This document shows, one piece after another, positions 46,742 to 56,192 of a stretch of 64,000 bases of DNA (positions within the stretch are counted from its first letter, which is position 1; the number at the start of each line of letters is the position of its first letter). The position numbers and the translations under genes are program-made. The DNA comes from Polyangiales bacterium (GTDB lineage: Bacteria > Myxococcota_A > Polyangia > Polyangiales > Polyangiaceae), in assembly GCA_038230375.1 (NCBI GenBank), contig JBBRNJ010000040.1, positions 1 to 64,000 of the forward strand. The letters are read 5' to 3'. The notes under the pieces were generated by a model. That model did no database searches. It saw only the letters and a list, made by a program, of their open reading frames with translations, and was not told where the DNA came from.

Positions 46742-47371
46742 GTGGCGAGCATCGGCCCCAACGTGATCGGCTTCGACGACGGCCCCTTCGCGCCCGACCA
46801 CCGCGGGGACGTCCTCCTGGTGGGCGTGGTGTGCTCGCGCACGCGCATCGACGGCATCGTGTCCGGGAAGGTCAGGCGCGACGGCGCGAACTCGACCCGG
46901 GTCATGATCGAGCTCCTGCGCCAGAGCCAGTTCGGTGAGCATGTGCGCGCCGTGCTCCTGCAGGGCATCGCGGTCGCTGGGTTCAACGTCGTCGACATCC
47001 ACGGTCTGTCTCGCGCGCTGTCCTTGCCCGTGCTCGTCGTCACGCGCCGGCAGCCGAACCTCCACGAGGTGGAGCGCGCGCTCTTCAGCGGTGCTCCACA
47101 CGGCCGTCCGAAGGTGCTGGGCGCGAAGAGGAAGTGGGCGCTCATCCAGGGCGCCGGTCCGCTCGAGGCGCTCGGTCCGTCCCGGCGGTCGCAAAAGAGA
47201 GGGACTGCGCCCGCGTGGTCCCTACACGTGCAGAGGGCAGGGCTCTCCAGGGACGAGGCACGCGATCTCGTTGTCGCGACGACACTGCACGGCAACATCC
47301 CGGAGCCGCTACGTGTCGCGCATCTGATCGCAGGCGGAATCACGACAGGCACGAGCCGCGGCCGAGCCTGA
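46742..47371 (+). CDS. DUF99 family protein (endonuclease V/dU-like)
   Basis: VIGFDDGPF, LQGIAVAGFNVVDI, GNIPEPLRVAHLIA. Confidence 0.85.
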   Translation: MASIGPNVIGFDDGPFAPDHRGDVLLVGVVCSRTRIDGIVSGKVRRDGANSTRVMIELLRQSQFGEHVRAVLLQGIAVAGFNVVDIHGLSRALSLPVLVVTRRQPNLHEVERALFSGAPHGRPKVLGAKRKWALIQGAGPLEALGPSRRSQKRGTAPAWSLHVQRAGLSRDEARDLVVATTLHGNIPEPLRVAHLIAGGITTGTSRGRA

Positions 47372-47394
47372 GCGCGCGCAATGATGCGCTGGTC

Positions 47395-48957
47395 TCACCA
47401 CGAGGTCGGGCGATAGTCCTTGAGGAACTTCCCCGAGTGGTGCTCTCCCGTCAGCAGACCGGAGAAGAACGGGTCGCAGATCCTTGCGGCCCCGTCCACG
47501 ATGTCGAGCGGCGGCTGGAAGTCGTGCTCCTCCGTCTTGCGCGCGGCGATCTGCGCGGGGTCCTCATCTGTCACCCAGCCCGTGTCAACGGCGTTCATGA
47601 AGATGCCGTCTGCGGCGTAGTCGGGCGCAGAGGTCAGCGTCATCATGTTGAGCGCAGCCTTCGCCATGTTCGTGTGCGGGTGCTTGTCGGTCTTGGTGCG
47701 GCGCGAGAACTGCCCCTCCATCGCCGACACGTTCACGATGTGCTTGTCGTCCGTTCGGTGCCGCATCATGAGCGGCTTCAGCTTGCTCGCCAGGATGAAG
47801 GGCGCAACGGCGTTCACCAGCTGCACCTCCAGCATCTCCGGCGCCGGCACGTCACCAAGCGTGAGGCGCCAGCTGTTCACGGTGCGGAGGTCGATCTGCT
47901 GTTCGTCCGCGTCCGACAGGCCAAGAGGGAAGGCCTGCTTCCCGCCGCCGTCGTCGTCGTAGGCGCACGGGAGCTGCGACATGGCCGCAGACGCGCGAAT
48001 GCCAATGCCTGCTTCGCCGCCCTGGAACGCCACGAGGCGCATGGTCGTGTCGCGCATGTCGCGCCCACCGCGTGAAGCTACGCCGTGGCCATGTGACTCG
48101 AGCGAGAGCGCCGCCTTGCACGCCTCGTGACCGCGCAGGACGGAGCGCACGTCGTCCGGCAGCTCCTCCCACGGCTTCGATTCGAGCGCCAGGAGATGCG
48201 TGTAGAATGCAGGTGGTCGTCGGACGGTCTGCGCGGCGTTGTTGATGAGGATGTCCAGGCGGTCCTTCTTCGCGCAGAGGTACCGCGCAAAGAGCTCCAC
48301 GCTGGGCGCATGGCGCAGGTCCAGTCCGAAGACGGAGAGCCGCTCCGACCAGCGCGCGAAATCGGCTTCGCGCGCGAAGCGGGACGCTGCGTCGTGTGGG
48401 AAGCGGGTGGTGACCAGCACCTCTGCGCCCGCGCGCAGCATCATGAGCGCCGCCTGGAAGCCGATCTTCACGCGCGCGCCCGTGATCAGCGCCACGCGTC
48501 CGTCCAGCTTCGCGGTCTGGAAGCGCTTGTCGTAGTTGAACTGCGCGCACGTGGGGCAGAGCGCGTCGTAGAAGAAGTGGAGCTTCTTGAACTCCTGCTT
48601 GCACACGTAGCAGTCACGCGGCTTCAAGAGCTCCGGCCGCTCCTCGGCGGTGGGGGCGGATACGCCCGGCTGGAGCTGCGGCGGCGGGGCGAAGACCTCC
48701 GCGCGTCGGGCAGCGCGGATCTCGGTGGTGGCCCGCGACTCTCGGTCGGTGTCGCGCGTCTTCTTGCGCTCGACCCTGCGGAACGCCTTGGACACGCGGA
48801 TGCTCTCGTCGCGCGTTGGCCGCGAGATGCGGCCCGCGGCGATCAGGATGCGCACGCGAACGTCGGGGTCGACGTAGGAGAGGAGAGTGCGATCAAGGAC
48901 GATCGCCTCGAGCACCTCGATCGTCCGCTGGAGCTCTTCGGGAGTGAGGGCAGGCAT
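47395..48957 (-). CDS. SDR oxidoreductase with N-terminal Cys4 (zinc-ribbon-like) region
   Basis: CYVCK...LCPTC; ALITGARVKIG, LINNAAQT, NVSAMEG, HTNMAKAAL, VDTGWVTDE. Confidence 0.88.
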   Translation of the reverse strand: MPALTPEELQRTIEVLEAIVLDRTLLSYVDPDVRVRILIAAGRISRPTRDESIRVSKAFRRVERKKTRDTDRESRATTEIRAARRAEVFAPPPQLQPGVSAPTAEERPELLKPRDCYVCKQEFKKLHFFYDALCPTCAQFNYDKRFQTAKLDGRVALITGARVKIGFQAALMMLRAGAEVLVTTRFPHDAASRFAREADFARWSERLSVFGLDLRHAPSVELFARYLCAKKDRLDILINNAAQTVRRPPAFYTHLLALESKPWEELPDDVRSVLRGHEACKAALSLESHGHGVASRGGRDMRDTTMRLVAFQGGEAGIGIRASAAMSQLPCAYDDDGGGKQAFPLGLSDADEQQIDLRTVNSWRLTLGDVPAPEMLEVQLVNAVAPFILASKLKPLMMRHRTDDKHIVNVSAMEGQFSRRTKTDKHPHTNMAKAALNMMTLTSAPDYAADGIFMNAVDTGWVTDEDPAQIAARKTEEHDFQPPLDIVDGAARICDPFFSGLLTGEHHSGKFLKDYRPTSW

Positions 48958-49018
48958 TCCGCGGGCGGACCTTAGCCGTTGCCGCGCTCTGATTCCACCG
49001 TGGTAAGGGTCGGAGCGT

Positions 49019-49480
49019 ATGCAGGGTCGTCCGTACTGGTATCTGGTCCCGTGTCTGGGCGTCGACATCGCCGATCTGCAGGACACGCTCGATGAGCTGC
49101 GCCAGCGCGAGTTCACCGCCGGTCGTTACTATCCCGCGGTGCCAACGGTGGACTTCGTGGAGCCTGCGTTCAGCCGGCAGCGTCGCGGCGCACGACACGA
49201 CAGCATCGAGGACGCGATCATGGACGCTGGCGAGGAAGGCACCCGCTCCATCCTGGACATCCACACCGTGAGCACGCGACCGGGCTTCGGCATGGCCTCG
49301 CCGTTCCCGCGGGCCGCGTACATGGAGCTGTACGGAACGGAGCGGCCGACGCAGCACGAGGTCCGCGGAAACAAGGATTTTCTACGCTGGGCATCACCTG
49401 CACAATGCATCTATGTCCTGGTCTACGCGGAGGGCGACGTCCCGACCGAGGTGCTCTTCGCGGGTCGCTCCTTCGGTTGA
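49019..49480 (+). CDS. Hypothetical protein
   Basis: GGAG RBS, coding-like codon usage; GTRSILDI motif; no recognisable domain. Confidence 0.7.
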   Translation: MQGRPYWYLVPCLGVDIADLQDTLDELRQREFTAGRYYPAVPTVDFVEPAFSRQRRGARHDSIEDAIMDAGEEGTRSILDIHTVSTRPGFGMASPFPRAAYMELYGTERPTQHEVRGNKDFLRWASPAQCIYVLVYAEGDVPTEVLFAGRSFG

Positions 49481-49586
49481 CACGAGATTGTTGGCCCCGC
49501 CGGTGCGGGCTTTTTACGATTCGACTCGGAGGCTACGAGCGCGCTCTGTTTGGCGCGCCGCCGCTTGTCCGAAGGAGGCTTGGAAG

Positions 49587-49964
49587 ATGCTCACCGCGGT
49601 TCGCAGCTCGTTTCGCCGGTATGTCCGTGTCCCCTGCCAGGTCGTGCGCGAGCACGATTTCAAGCTCGTCGCGGACCTCGGGCTCGATCTCTCGACGACC
49701 GGCATGCGCGTGCGCGGCCTCACGAAGGTGCTCTCCGGTGAAGAGGTCGTGGTGAGCTTCAAGCCCCCGCGGTCGAACGCGTACATCGATCTGACCGCCA
49801 CGGTCGCGCGTGTCCTTCACGGCAACCGCCCCGGCGATCGCGGCCTCGCGTTCGGCCTGGAATTCCAGGGCCTCGAGAAGGACATGTACGATCTCCTCTT
49901 CGAGCACCTGAAGGGCCTCTCACCCGCTGAAGCCATGCGGCCGCTGCGTCCTCTGGCGGCGTAG
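49587..49964 (+). CDS. Stand-alone PilZ-domain protein
   Basis: RSSFR (RxxxR) and DLSTTG (DxSxxG); GLEF; GGAGG RBS. Confidence 0.88.
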   Translation: MLTAVRSSFRRYVRVPCQVVREHDFKLVADLGLDLSTTGMRVRGLTKVLSGEEVVVSFKPPRSNAYIDLTATVARVLHGNRPGDRGLAFGLEFQGLEKDMYDLLFEHLKGLSPAEAMRPLRPLAA

Positions 49965-50005
49965 TTTCGGCTTTCGGCTCGACGCTTCGGTGACGCCTGA
50001 TGCGT

Positions 50006-50130
50006 GGTGCAGCGCCTTTGTCGCGTGGGCCCTCCGGGCCCCTCATTTCGCTCCGCGAACTGAGCCTCCCCACGTCTCGCTCACGCGATGTCGTGCTCCG
50101 CACGACTCAGGGTTACTGGCGCCGCTGACC
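50006..50130 (-). other. Branched intergenic palindromic element with three GGA-triloop hairpins (REP/MITE-like or ncRNA)
   Basis: Plus-strand hairpins GGGCCC-TCC-GGGCCC (50027-41), CTCA-T-TTCGC-TCC-GCGAA-C-TGAG (50042-64), GTCGTGC-TCC-GCACGAC (50090-106); enclosing stem TCGCGTG/CACGCGA. Confidence 0.6.
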
Positions 50131-50147
50131 CATGTGCGAGCGAGATC

Positions 50148-50244
50148 GAGGTCGGGGTCGAAGTTCAGGTCGGGGTCGACGTTCAGGTCGGGGTCGACGT
50201 TCAGGTCGACGTTCAGGTCGTCGTCGAGGTCGTCGTCGTCGACG
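50148..50244. repeat. Tandem repeat built from 6-nt modules (18-bp unit CAGGTCGGGGTCGACGTT)
   Basis: Three 18-bp units followed by three 12-bp degenerate units; overlaps the fmt 3' end. Confidence 0.9.
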
Positions 50245-51172
50245 CGCCCAGGATGTCGCCTTCTGCTACTCCTCTTCCCATTGCCCAGTCGGCTCCGTTG
50301 ACTGTTTTTTTTCCTTCGAGCTGCACCCTGACCAGCTCGATGGCGCCGGGGTCGCAGGCTACGAGGACGCGTGTCTTGTCCGCGATCAGGACCTCTCCGG
50401 GCCTCTTGTCCGTTCGCGATACGTCGCTCACGCGTGTCTCGTGCACCTTGATGATCTTGTCGCCGCGCTTCGTGAACGCCCCGGGCCACGGCGACATGCC
50501 GCGTACGTGATCGTGCACGCGACGCGCGGGCACCGTGAAGTCCATCCGGCCGTCCTCCTTCTTCAGGATGGGCGCCAGTGTGGCCTGCGCGTGGTCCTGT
50601 GCGATCTCCGTGTACTCCCCGCGCACGTACTTCGGTAAGCCCTTGCGTACCGCCAGCGCGCCGATCGCGGCGAGGCGCGTGGAGAGCTCGCCCGCGGTCT
50701 CTTCGGAGCTGATCTCTGTCGCGAACTTCTCGAGGATGTCACCGGTGTCCATGCCGACGTCCATCTTCATCAGCGTGACGCCGGTCTCCGTCTCGCCGCG
50801 GACCAGGGCCCACGTGATGGGCGCCGCGCCGCGGAGCTTCGGCAGGAGTGAGGCATGCACGTTCACGCACCCGAGCCGCGGGCCCGACAGCACGTCGAGC
50901 GGCAGGATGCGCCCGTAGGCCACGACCAGCGCCACGTCCACGTTCTGCTCGCGCACCCACGCAGCGAACGTCCCGTCACGAAGCTTCGTGGGCTGCGTGA
51001 CTGCAAGGCCCAGCGCCTCGGCGCACACCTTCACCGGTGGCGGCGTGACCACGTTGCCGCGCCCCGCTGGCCGGTCCGGCTGACACACGACGCCCACGAC
51101 GTCCGCGATCTCCGCGAGCGCCTGCAGCGACGGGACCGCAAACTCCGGCGTTCCGAAGAACAGCGCGCGCAT
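50213..51172 (-). CDS. fmt: Methionyl-tRNA formyltransferase
   Basis: FFGTPEFAVPSL, QPDRPAGRG, VVAYGRIL, NVHASLLPKLRGAAPI, MDVGMDTGD, PWPGA. Confidence 0.97.
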   Translation of the reverse strand: MRALFFGTPEFAVPSLQALAEIADVVGVVCQPDRPAGRGNVVTPPPVKVCAEALGLAVTQPTKLRDGTFAAWVREQNVDVALVVAYGRILPLDVLSGPRLGCVNVHASLLPKLRGAAPITWALVRGETETGVTLMKMDVGMDTGDILEKFATEISSEETAGELSTRLAAIGALAVRKGLPKYVRGEYTEIAQDHAQATLAPILKKEDGRMDFTVPARRVHDHVRGMSPWPGAFTKRGDKIIKVHETRVSDVSRTDKRPGEVLIADKTRVLVACDPGAIELVRVQLEGKKTVNGADWAMGRGVAEGDILGASTTTTSTTT

Positions 51173-51177
51173 GACCG

Positions 51178-51948
51178 TCAGATGACCTCGATGGGGATCT
51201 TCGGGGCAGTCACTTCGTGCTCCACGCCCTCGAACACGCCCACGAGCGGCGTGATCACGCGCAGCATGTACTTGCCCTTGGGGAGCGGGCCCGCGGGGGT
51301 GCGCGGATAGCCGCGGTCCAGGATGGCGCCCTTCACCTTGGTCGGATCCCACTTCATCTTGGACGCAGTCCAGTTCAACTTCACCTTGCCGTAGCCGTTC
51401 GGCGCGATCGTGTACTTCGCGATCTTCGGCTCGGCGCCCTGCGGCTGGACCATGTCCTTCGGGAACGGCGGAGGATTGCCGCCTGGCACGTCCACGCGCT
51501 TGTTCTTCTCGTTGTAGGCCTCGATCGTGAAGTGCGGCTCCGGGTTGATCTGGAAGAAGAGCGTGAGCGGCTCCTTGGACTTGTTCACGAACGACACGAC
51601 GATCTCCGCGATCGCGCCCGGCTGCACCTTGGTCGGGAAGGGCGAGACGCGGATCTCGAGCTTGTCCTTCATGTCCACGGTGCCCTGCGCGGCGGTCATG
51701 TCCTTCATCTCACAGCCGATCTTCATGAGCGCTTCGTCCAGCTTCGGCTCCTCGAAGCCGGTGCACTCACTGCCACCGCCGTCCGCGCCGCCTCCGCCTC
51801 CGAAGCCCGAAGGCTCCTCGCTGCCGGCGTCTGCCGCGGAGTCGTCGTGCGTTGTCTTCGCGGGCTTCTTGTTGCCACCGCCGCACGCGATGATCGCGAC
51901 GGGTAGGACCATGGTCAGCGCGGCGATGAGCGTCTTCAGTCGATGCAT
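51178..51948 (-). CDS. Hypothetical lipoprotein
   Basis: IIAC lipobox; beta-rich C-terminal region ...GPLPKGKYMLRV. Confidence 0.75.
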   Translation of the reverse strand: MHRLKTLIAALTMVLPVAIIACGGGNKKPAKTTHDDSAADAGSEEPSGFGGGGGADGGGSECTGFEEPKLDEALMKIGCEMKDMTAAQGTVDMKDKLEIRVSPFPTKVQPGAIAEIVVSFVNKSKEPLTLFFQINPEPHFTIEAYNEKNKRVDVPGGNPPPFPKDMVQPQGAEPKIAKYTIAPNGYGKVKLNWTASKMKWDPTKVKGAILDRGYPRTPAGPLPKGKYMLRVITPLVGVFEGVEHEVTAPKIPIEVI

Positions 51949-52268
51949 GCTTGCCAACTTTCGGGAGAAGGCGCCTTCATGGCGCAATCGAGCTCGGACG
52001 TCCGGACTTCGGCTTCGCACTGCGCGAGCGCCTTCTTGTAACTCTCCTCGCCCTTCTTTTGGGCCTTTTTCGTCTCGATGACCGCCGCCCGCTCCCTTTC
52101 TGGGGCACGCGCGACGTCATCGGTGCGGCCGGCTTCCATGCCGATGTATTTATCGATCATGGCTGTGCATTCCGCGCGCGTCGCGTGACGCGAACACCCT
52201 GCTGCCAGGAACGCCGGGAGCACCGCGAAGGCCAGGACGGGCAGGAGGGGGGCATGGGCCCGACGCAT
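51936..52268 (-). CDS. Small helical Cys-containing lipoprotein
   Basis: LAAGC lipobox; EC...QC...DCAMKA...AC pattern. Confidence 0.7.
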   Translation of the reverse strand: MRRAHAPLLPVLAFAVLPAFLAAGCSRHATRAECTAMIDKYIGMEAGRTDDVARAPERERAAVIETKKAQKKGEESYKKALAQCEAEVRTSELDCAMKAPSPESWQACID

Positions 52269-52305
52269 GGTCGGCGAGCTTAGCCCGTAGTAGGCTCTTC
52301 GCACC

Positions 52306-53427
52306 ATGACACGCGCCAAGAACTTCAACGCAGGTCCCGCGGCACTTCCTCTCCAGGCGCTCGAGCGCGCGCAGAAGGAGCTCCTCGATTTCGAGGGCAC
52401 CGGAATGAGCGTCATGGAGCAGTCGCACCGCGGCAAGGAGTACGAGACCGTGCACGACGAGGCCCGCGCGCAGATCGCGCGCCTCCTGGGAGCCCCCGCC
52501 GACTACGAGGTGCTCTTCCTGCAAGGCGGCGCGTCGCAACAGTTCGCCGTCATCCCGATGAACTTCCTCACCGAGAAGAGCGCGGCCGCATACGTCGTCA
52601 CCGGCGTGTGGGGCGAGAAGGCCGTGGGTGAGGCGCAGATCGTCGCAAAGTCCGTGGGCGCCGAGGTGGTGGTCGCGGCCACCACGGAGGCGAACAAGAC
52701 GTACGTGAAGGTGCCGGGCGACGCGCAGATCAAGGTGCCGGACGGCGCGAAGTACATGCACTTTACATCCAACGAGACCATCCACGGCGTGCAGTTCGCG
52801 ACGGCGCCAGGGGCAGCGTTCCCGGAGCCCACGCCGCATGTCCCGGTCATCTGCGACATGTCGAGCGACTTCCTCTGGCGCAAGGTCGACGTATCGAAGT
52901 TCGACATGATCTACGCGGGCGCGCAGAAGAACATCGGCCCCAGCGGCGTCACCGTGGTGGTCGCCAAGAAATCCTTCCTGGAGAGCGGCCGCAAGGACAT
53001 CCCGAAGATCTTCCAGTACCGCACGCACATAGAGAATAAATCGCTCTACAACACGCCGCCCACGTTCGGCATCTACCTGGTGCGCAACGTGCTCGCCTGG
53101 CTCGAAGAGAAGGGCGGTCTCTCCGCGATGGAGACCGAGAACCGCGCGAAGGCCGCGGCGCTCTATGGCGCGATCGATCGCAACCCGGGCTTCTACAAGT
53201 GCCCGGTGGAGAAGGGCAGCCGCTCCTTCATGAACGTGGTCTTCCGCCTGCCCAGCGAGGAGCAAGAAGAGGCCTTCGTGAAGCGCGCGAAGTCCGCCGG
53301 CATGGTGGGGCTCAAGGGTCACCGGTCCGTCGGCGGCATCCGCGTGTCGCTCTACAACGCAGTGCCGCTCGCATGGGTGACCGAGCTCGTCACGCTGATG
53401 GACGAGTTCGCCGGCGCGTCCCCGTAA
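52306..53427 (+). CDS. serC: Phosphoserine aminotransferase
   Basis: [58 protein letters not shown]. Confidence 0.97.
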   Translation: MTRAKNFNAGPAALPLQALERAQKELLDFEGTGMSVMEQSHRGKEYETVHDEARAQIARLLGAPADYEVLFLQGGASQQFAVIPMNFLTEKSAAAYVVTGVWGEKAVGEAQIVAKSVGAEVVVAATTEANKTYVKVPGDAQIKVPDGAKYMHFTSNETIHGVQFATAPGAAFPEPTPHVPVICDMSSDFLWRKVDVSKFDMIYAGAQKNIGPSGVTVVVAKKSFLESGRKDIPKIFQYRTHIENKSLYNTPPTFGIYLVRNVLAWLEEKGGLSAMETENRAKAAALYGAIDRNPGFYKCPVEKGSRSFMNVVFRLPSEEQEEAFVKRAKSAGMVGLKGHRSVGGIRVSLYNAVPLAWVTELVTLMDEFAGASP

Positions 53428-53457
53428 GGAGAGCGTCGCGGCTCGCGGGCGCTCGGG

Positions 53458-54180
53458 TCAGAGCTGGAATCGGTACTGCGCGAAGACGCTGAGGGCGTTC
53501 GGATCGCCGCCGCCGGCCTTGTCGTCCTTGCTGAGGATCTCGTTGTTGTACTGCGTGTAGAGGTACTCCACGCCCACGTCCACGTGTCGGCTCACGGGGA
53601 TCAGCGCGCCCAGGCCGACCTGGTATGCGGACACCGTGCTGCTGACGAGATCGGTGGACGCGCCGCTCGCGTTCAGGCTGTAGGCGCCGTAGCCGAGAAG
53701 CAGGTAGGGACGAATGCGCCAGAACGGCAGCGACAAGCGCGCCGCGCCGAAGCCGCCCACGGCCAGGAACGAGCCGCTGTTCACCAGGTCGTTGCCCTCA
53801 TTGTTCGTGAGCACCCCGCGCACATCGAAGGCGAGCCACGGCAGGACCTCGAGGCTCGCGCGGAGGCCCAGGTGCACGCCGCTCGAGAGAGCGCGACCGA
53901 TCCCCTTGCCCGTCCCCCACGGGCCGCCTTCGGTGTAGTAGGCCGGACCGACCTCACCGCCGAACGAGAGCGCGAGACGCGAAGGGTCGCGGCCGTACGG
54001 ATGCTTCCCCGCCGTCTCGTGGGACTCCGGTTCGACGCTCCCGCTGGCCGCGACGGCAGGCGGCGGCTCTGCGAACGACGACGCGCCATCCGCCAAGGCG
54101 GGGCGCGCCTGCGTGAGTGTGGCAAAGAGGCCGAACAGTGCCGCGACAGAGACCCTGACAAACCCTGCGTTCATTCTCAT
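53458..54180 (-). CDS. Outer-membrane beta-barrel protein (OmpA-like TM family)
   Basis: Signal ALA; IRPYLLLGYG, YQVGLG, DVGVEYLY, C-terminal AQYRFQL. Confidence 0.8.
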   Translation of the reverse strand: MRMNAGFVRVSVAALFGLFATLTQARPALADGASSFAEPPPAVAASGSVEPESHETAGKHPYGRDPSRLALSFGGEVGPAYYTEGGPWGTGKGIGRALSSGVHLGLRASLEVLPWLAFDVRGVLTNNEGNDLVNSGSFLAVGGFGAARLSLPFWRIRPYLLLGYGAYSLNASGASTDLVSSTVSAYQVGLGALIPVSRHVDVGVEYLYTQYNNEILSKDDKAGGGDPNALSVFAQYRFQL

Positions 54181-54229
54181 GAAGAGACAACAGAGCAAGG
54201 ACAAGGCCACATCGGTGTACGGTGGCCCG

Positions 54230-55402
54230 ATGAATCGCTCCTCCCAATGGTGTCTGGTGCTTGCAGCCATCGCCCTCACGCCCACGCTCACCTCATGCGG
54301 CTTGTTCAAGAAATCGGGCGGCGCGGCGGCAAAGGCGATCAGCTTCACCTCGTCCAACTTCGATCTGAGCGGGATGGATCTGACCGGAGCGGGCGAATTC
54401 AAGGTCAACGATCCGAACTGCACGATGAGCTCGGAGGAGCTGCTTGCGTCCTGCGGCAACGGCGCCGAGGTGCTGAAGTTCAAGCTGTTCAAGCAACCCA
54501 ACGGCAGCTCGGTGGCGGTCTACGTCGCGCAGACAATTCGAATTCCGGCGGGCACCGTGCTGACGATGCAGGGAAAAAACGCGGTCGTCCTCGTCGCGCT
54601 CGACAAGATCGAGATCGACGGTGGGCTCGTCTCTGCGGCCAGTGGTGGCGGCACGCCGGGCGCGGGCGGTCATGCGCAACAAAATGAAAACGCGCAGGGT
54701 GGCGGGCCGGGAGGCGGCGGAGCCGGAAGCGCGAGCAGCTCTGGTGGCGGCGGCTCCTACTGTGGAAAAGGCGGCGCAGGCGCGCTCGGGAAAGGGAAGT
54801 CCGGTGCTGCGGCGAAAGGCGGAGTCGTTTATGGCTCACCGGAGATCGTACCGCTGGTGGGGGGCTCGTCGGGTGGAATGGGTTCGGTGGGCGAGGCAGG
54901 TGGCGGCGGCGGTGCGCTGCAGCTCGTGGCGGGCAACGCGGTATCTGTGCAGAAGGGTGGCTACGTTCACGTCGGCGGTGGCGGCGGCAGCTTCGGCGGA
55001 CAGCCTGGACAGGAGGCCGCGGGCGGTGGCAGCGGCGGGTCGATCCTGATCGAGGCGCCGCAGGTCACCATCGCCGGCGCGCTCGCGGCCAACGGCGGTG
55101 GTGGCGGTTCGAGCAGCGCGACCGGCGGCACCCCGACCGGTGACGACGCGACACGGGACGACAAGCCGGCCGCGCCAGGCAAGGGTGTTCCCTCCGGAGG
55201 CAAGGGAGCCGCCGCAGCGGTCGTGATGGGCGCAGATGGCGTGGGGGCAACGGAGTATTCCTCGGGCGCGGGCGGCGGTGGCGCCGGTCGAATTCGGATC
55301 AACACCACGACCGGTTCCGCCACGGTGATCGGCGCGATCCTCTCTCCCAACGCGTCGACGCCCTGCATGACACAAGGCAAGATCGCGCTTCTCGATAAGT
55401 GA
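54230..55402 (+). CDS. Glycine-rich lipoprotein
   Basis: LTSC lipobox; repeated GGGGG(A/S)GG-x-I/L motifs, PLVGGSSGG, GAGRIRIN. Confidence 0.8.
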   Translation: MNRSSQWCLVLAAIALTPTLTSCGLFKKSGGAAAKAISFTSSNFDLSGMDLTGAGEFKVNDPNCTMSSEELLASCGNGAEVLKFKLFKQPNGSSVAVYVAQTIRIPAGTVLTMQGKNAVVLVALDKIEIDGGLVSAASGGGTPGAGGHAQQNENAQGGGPGGGGAGSASSSGGGGSYCGKGGAGALGKGKSGAAAKGGVVYGSPEIVPLVGGSSGGMGSVGEAGGGGGALQLVAGNAVSVQKGGYVHVGGGGGSFGGQPGQEAAGGGSGGSILIEAPQVTIAGALAANGGGGGSSSATGGTPTGDDATRDDKPAAPGKGVPSGGKGAAAAVVMGADGVGATEYSSGAGGGGAGRIRINTTTGSATVIGAILSPNASTPCMTQGKIALLDK

Positions 55403-55417
55403 GCGCTCGCTCCCGGC

Positions 55418-56185
55418 TCAGGTGATCCCGCCGCTCGCTCGGATGATCTCCCCCGTCACGGCCGTGTTTGCGGCGGAGGAGAGGAAGACGATCGTTGGCA
55501 CGACCTCCTCGGGCCCGAGGAGGCGACCGATCGGGGAGGCCTTTGCGCGTGCCTTCAGGAAGGCCGCGGGAACGCGCGCGGTCATGCCTTCGGTGAGCGT
55601 GAGCCCGGGCATCACGACGTTGACGAGGATTCCGGCCGGGCCGAGCTCGAGCGAGAGCGTGCGGGTGAGGCCGTGGAGGGCCGCCTTCGCCGCGCCGTAC
55701 GCTCCCGCGCCAGGCATGCCGTCGACCGCGATGCCCGACGAGACGTTCACGATGCGTCCCCAGCGCTGGGCGCGCATCGACGGAAGGGCGGCCTGGATCG
55801 CGTCGTAGTGGCCCTCGACGTTCGTGCGAAGAACCGCGCGCCACTCGCCGGGAGGGAGCTTCTCGAATAGCGGCATCTCTCGCGGTCCTCGATTTCCCCA
55901 CGACACAGCATTGTTGACCAGGATATCGAGCCGACTCCATCGCTCCATGATCCGTGCGATGGCCTCGCGGATCGACGCGGTCGACCCGAGATCCAGCTTC
56001 ACCGCCAGGGCATCGCCTCCGCCCTTGCGGATCGCCTTGACGACCGCGTCCGCCTTCTCCCGATGCGTGTGGTACGTGACGCCGACGCGCGCTCCCTCCC
56101 GCGCGAACGCGAGCGCCGCGGCGCGACCGATGCCCTGGGAGCTTCCCGTGACGAGCGCGACGCGCTCCTTGATGCCGAGGTCCAT
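55418..56185 (-). CDS. Short-chain dehydrogenase/reductase
   Basis: VTGSSQGIG, LVNNA, NVSS, YGAAK. Confidence 0.92.
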   Translation of the reverse strand: MDLGIKERVALVTGSSQGIGRAAALAFAREGARVGVTYHTHREKADAVVKAIRKGGGDALAVKLDLGSTASIREAIARIMERWSRLDILVNNAVSWGNRGPREMPLFEKLPPGEWRAVLRTNVEGHYDAIQAALPSMRAQRWGRIVNVSSGIAVDGMPGAGAYGAAKAALHGLTRTLSLELGPAGILVNVVMPGLTLTEGMTARVPAAFLKARAKASPIGRLLGPEEVVPTIVFLSSAANTAVTGEIIRASGGIT

Positions 56186-56192
56186 GGCGTGG

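Noticed and set aside
49493..49515. Terminator after the 49019-49480 ORF
   Set aside because: Only a ~5-bp stem plus T5; plausible but too weak to call
49551..49567. TGGCGCG...GC as a sigma54 promoter for the PilZ gene
   Set aside because: GG-to-GC spacing is 9, not 10
50148..50244. Possible CRISPR array
   Set aside because: Units are contiguous with no unique spacers, and there are no cas genes
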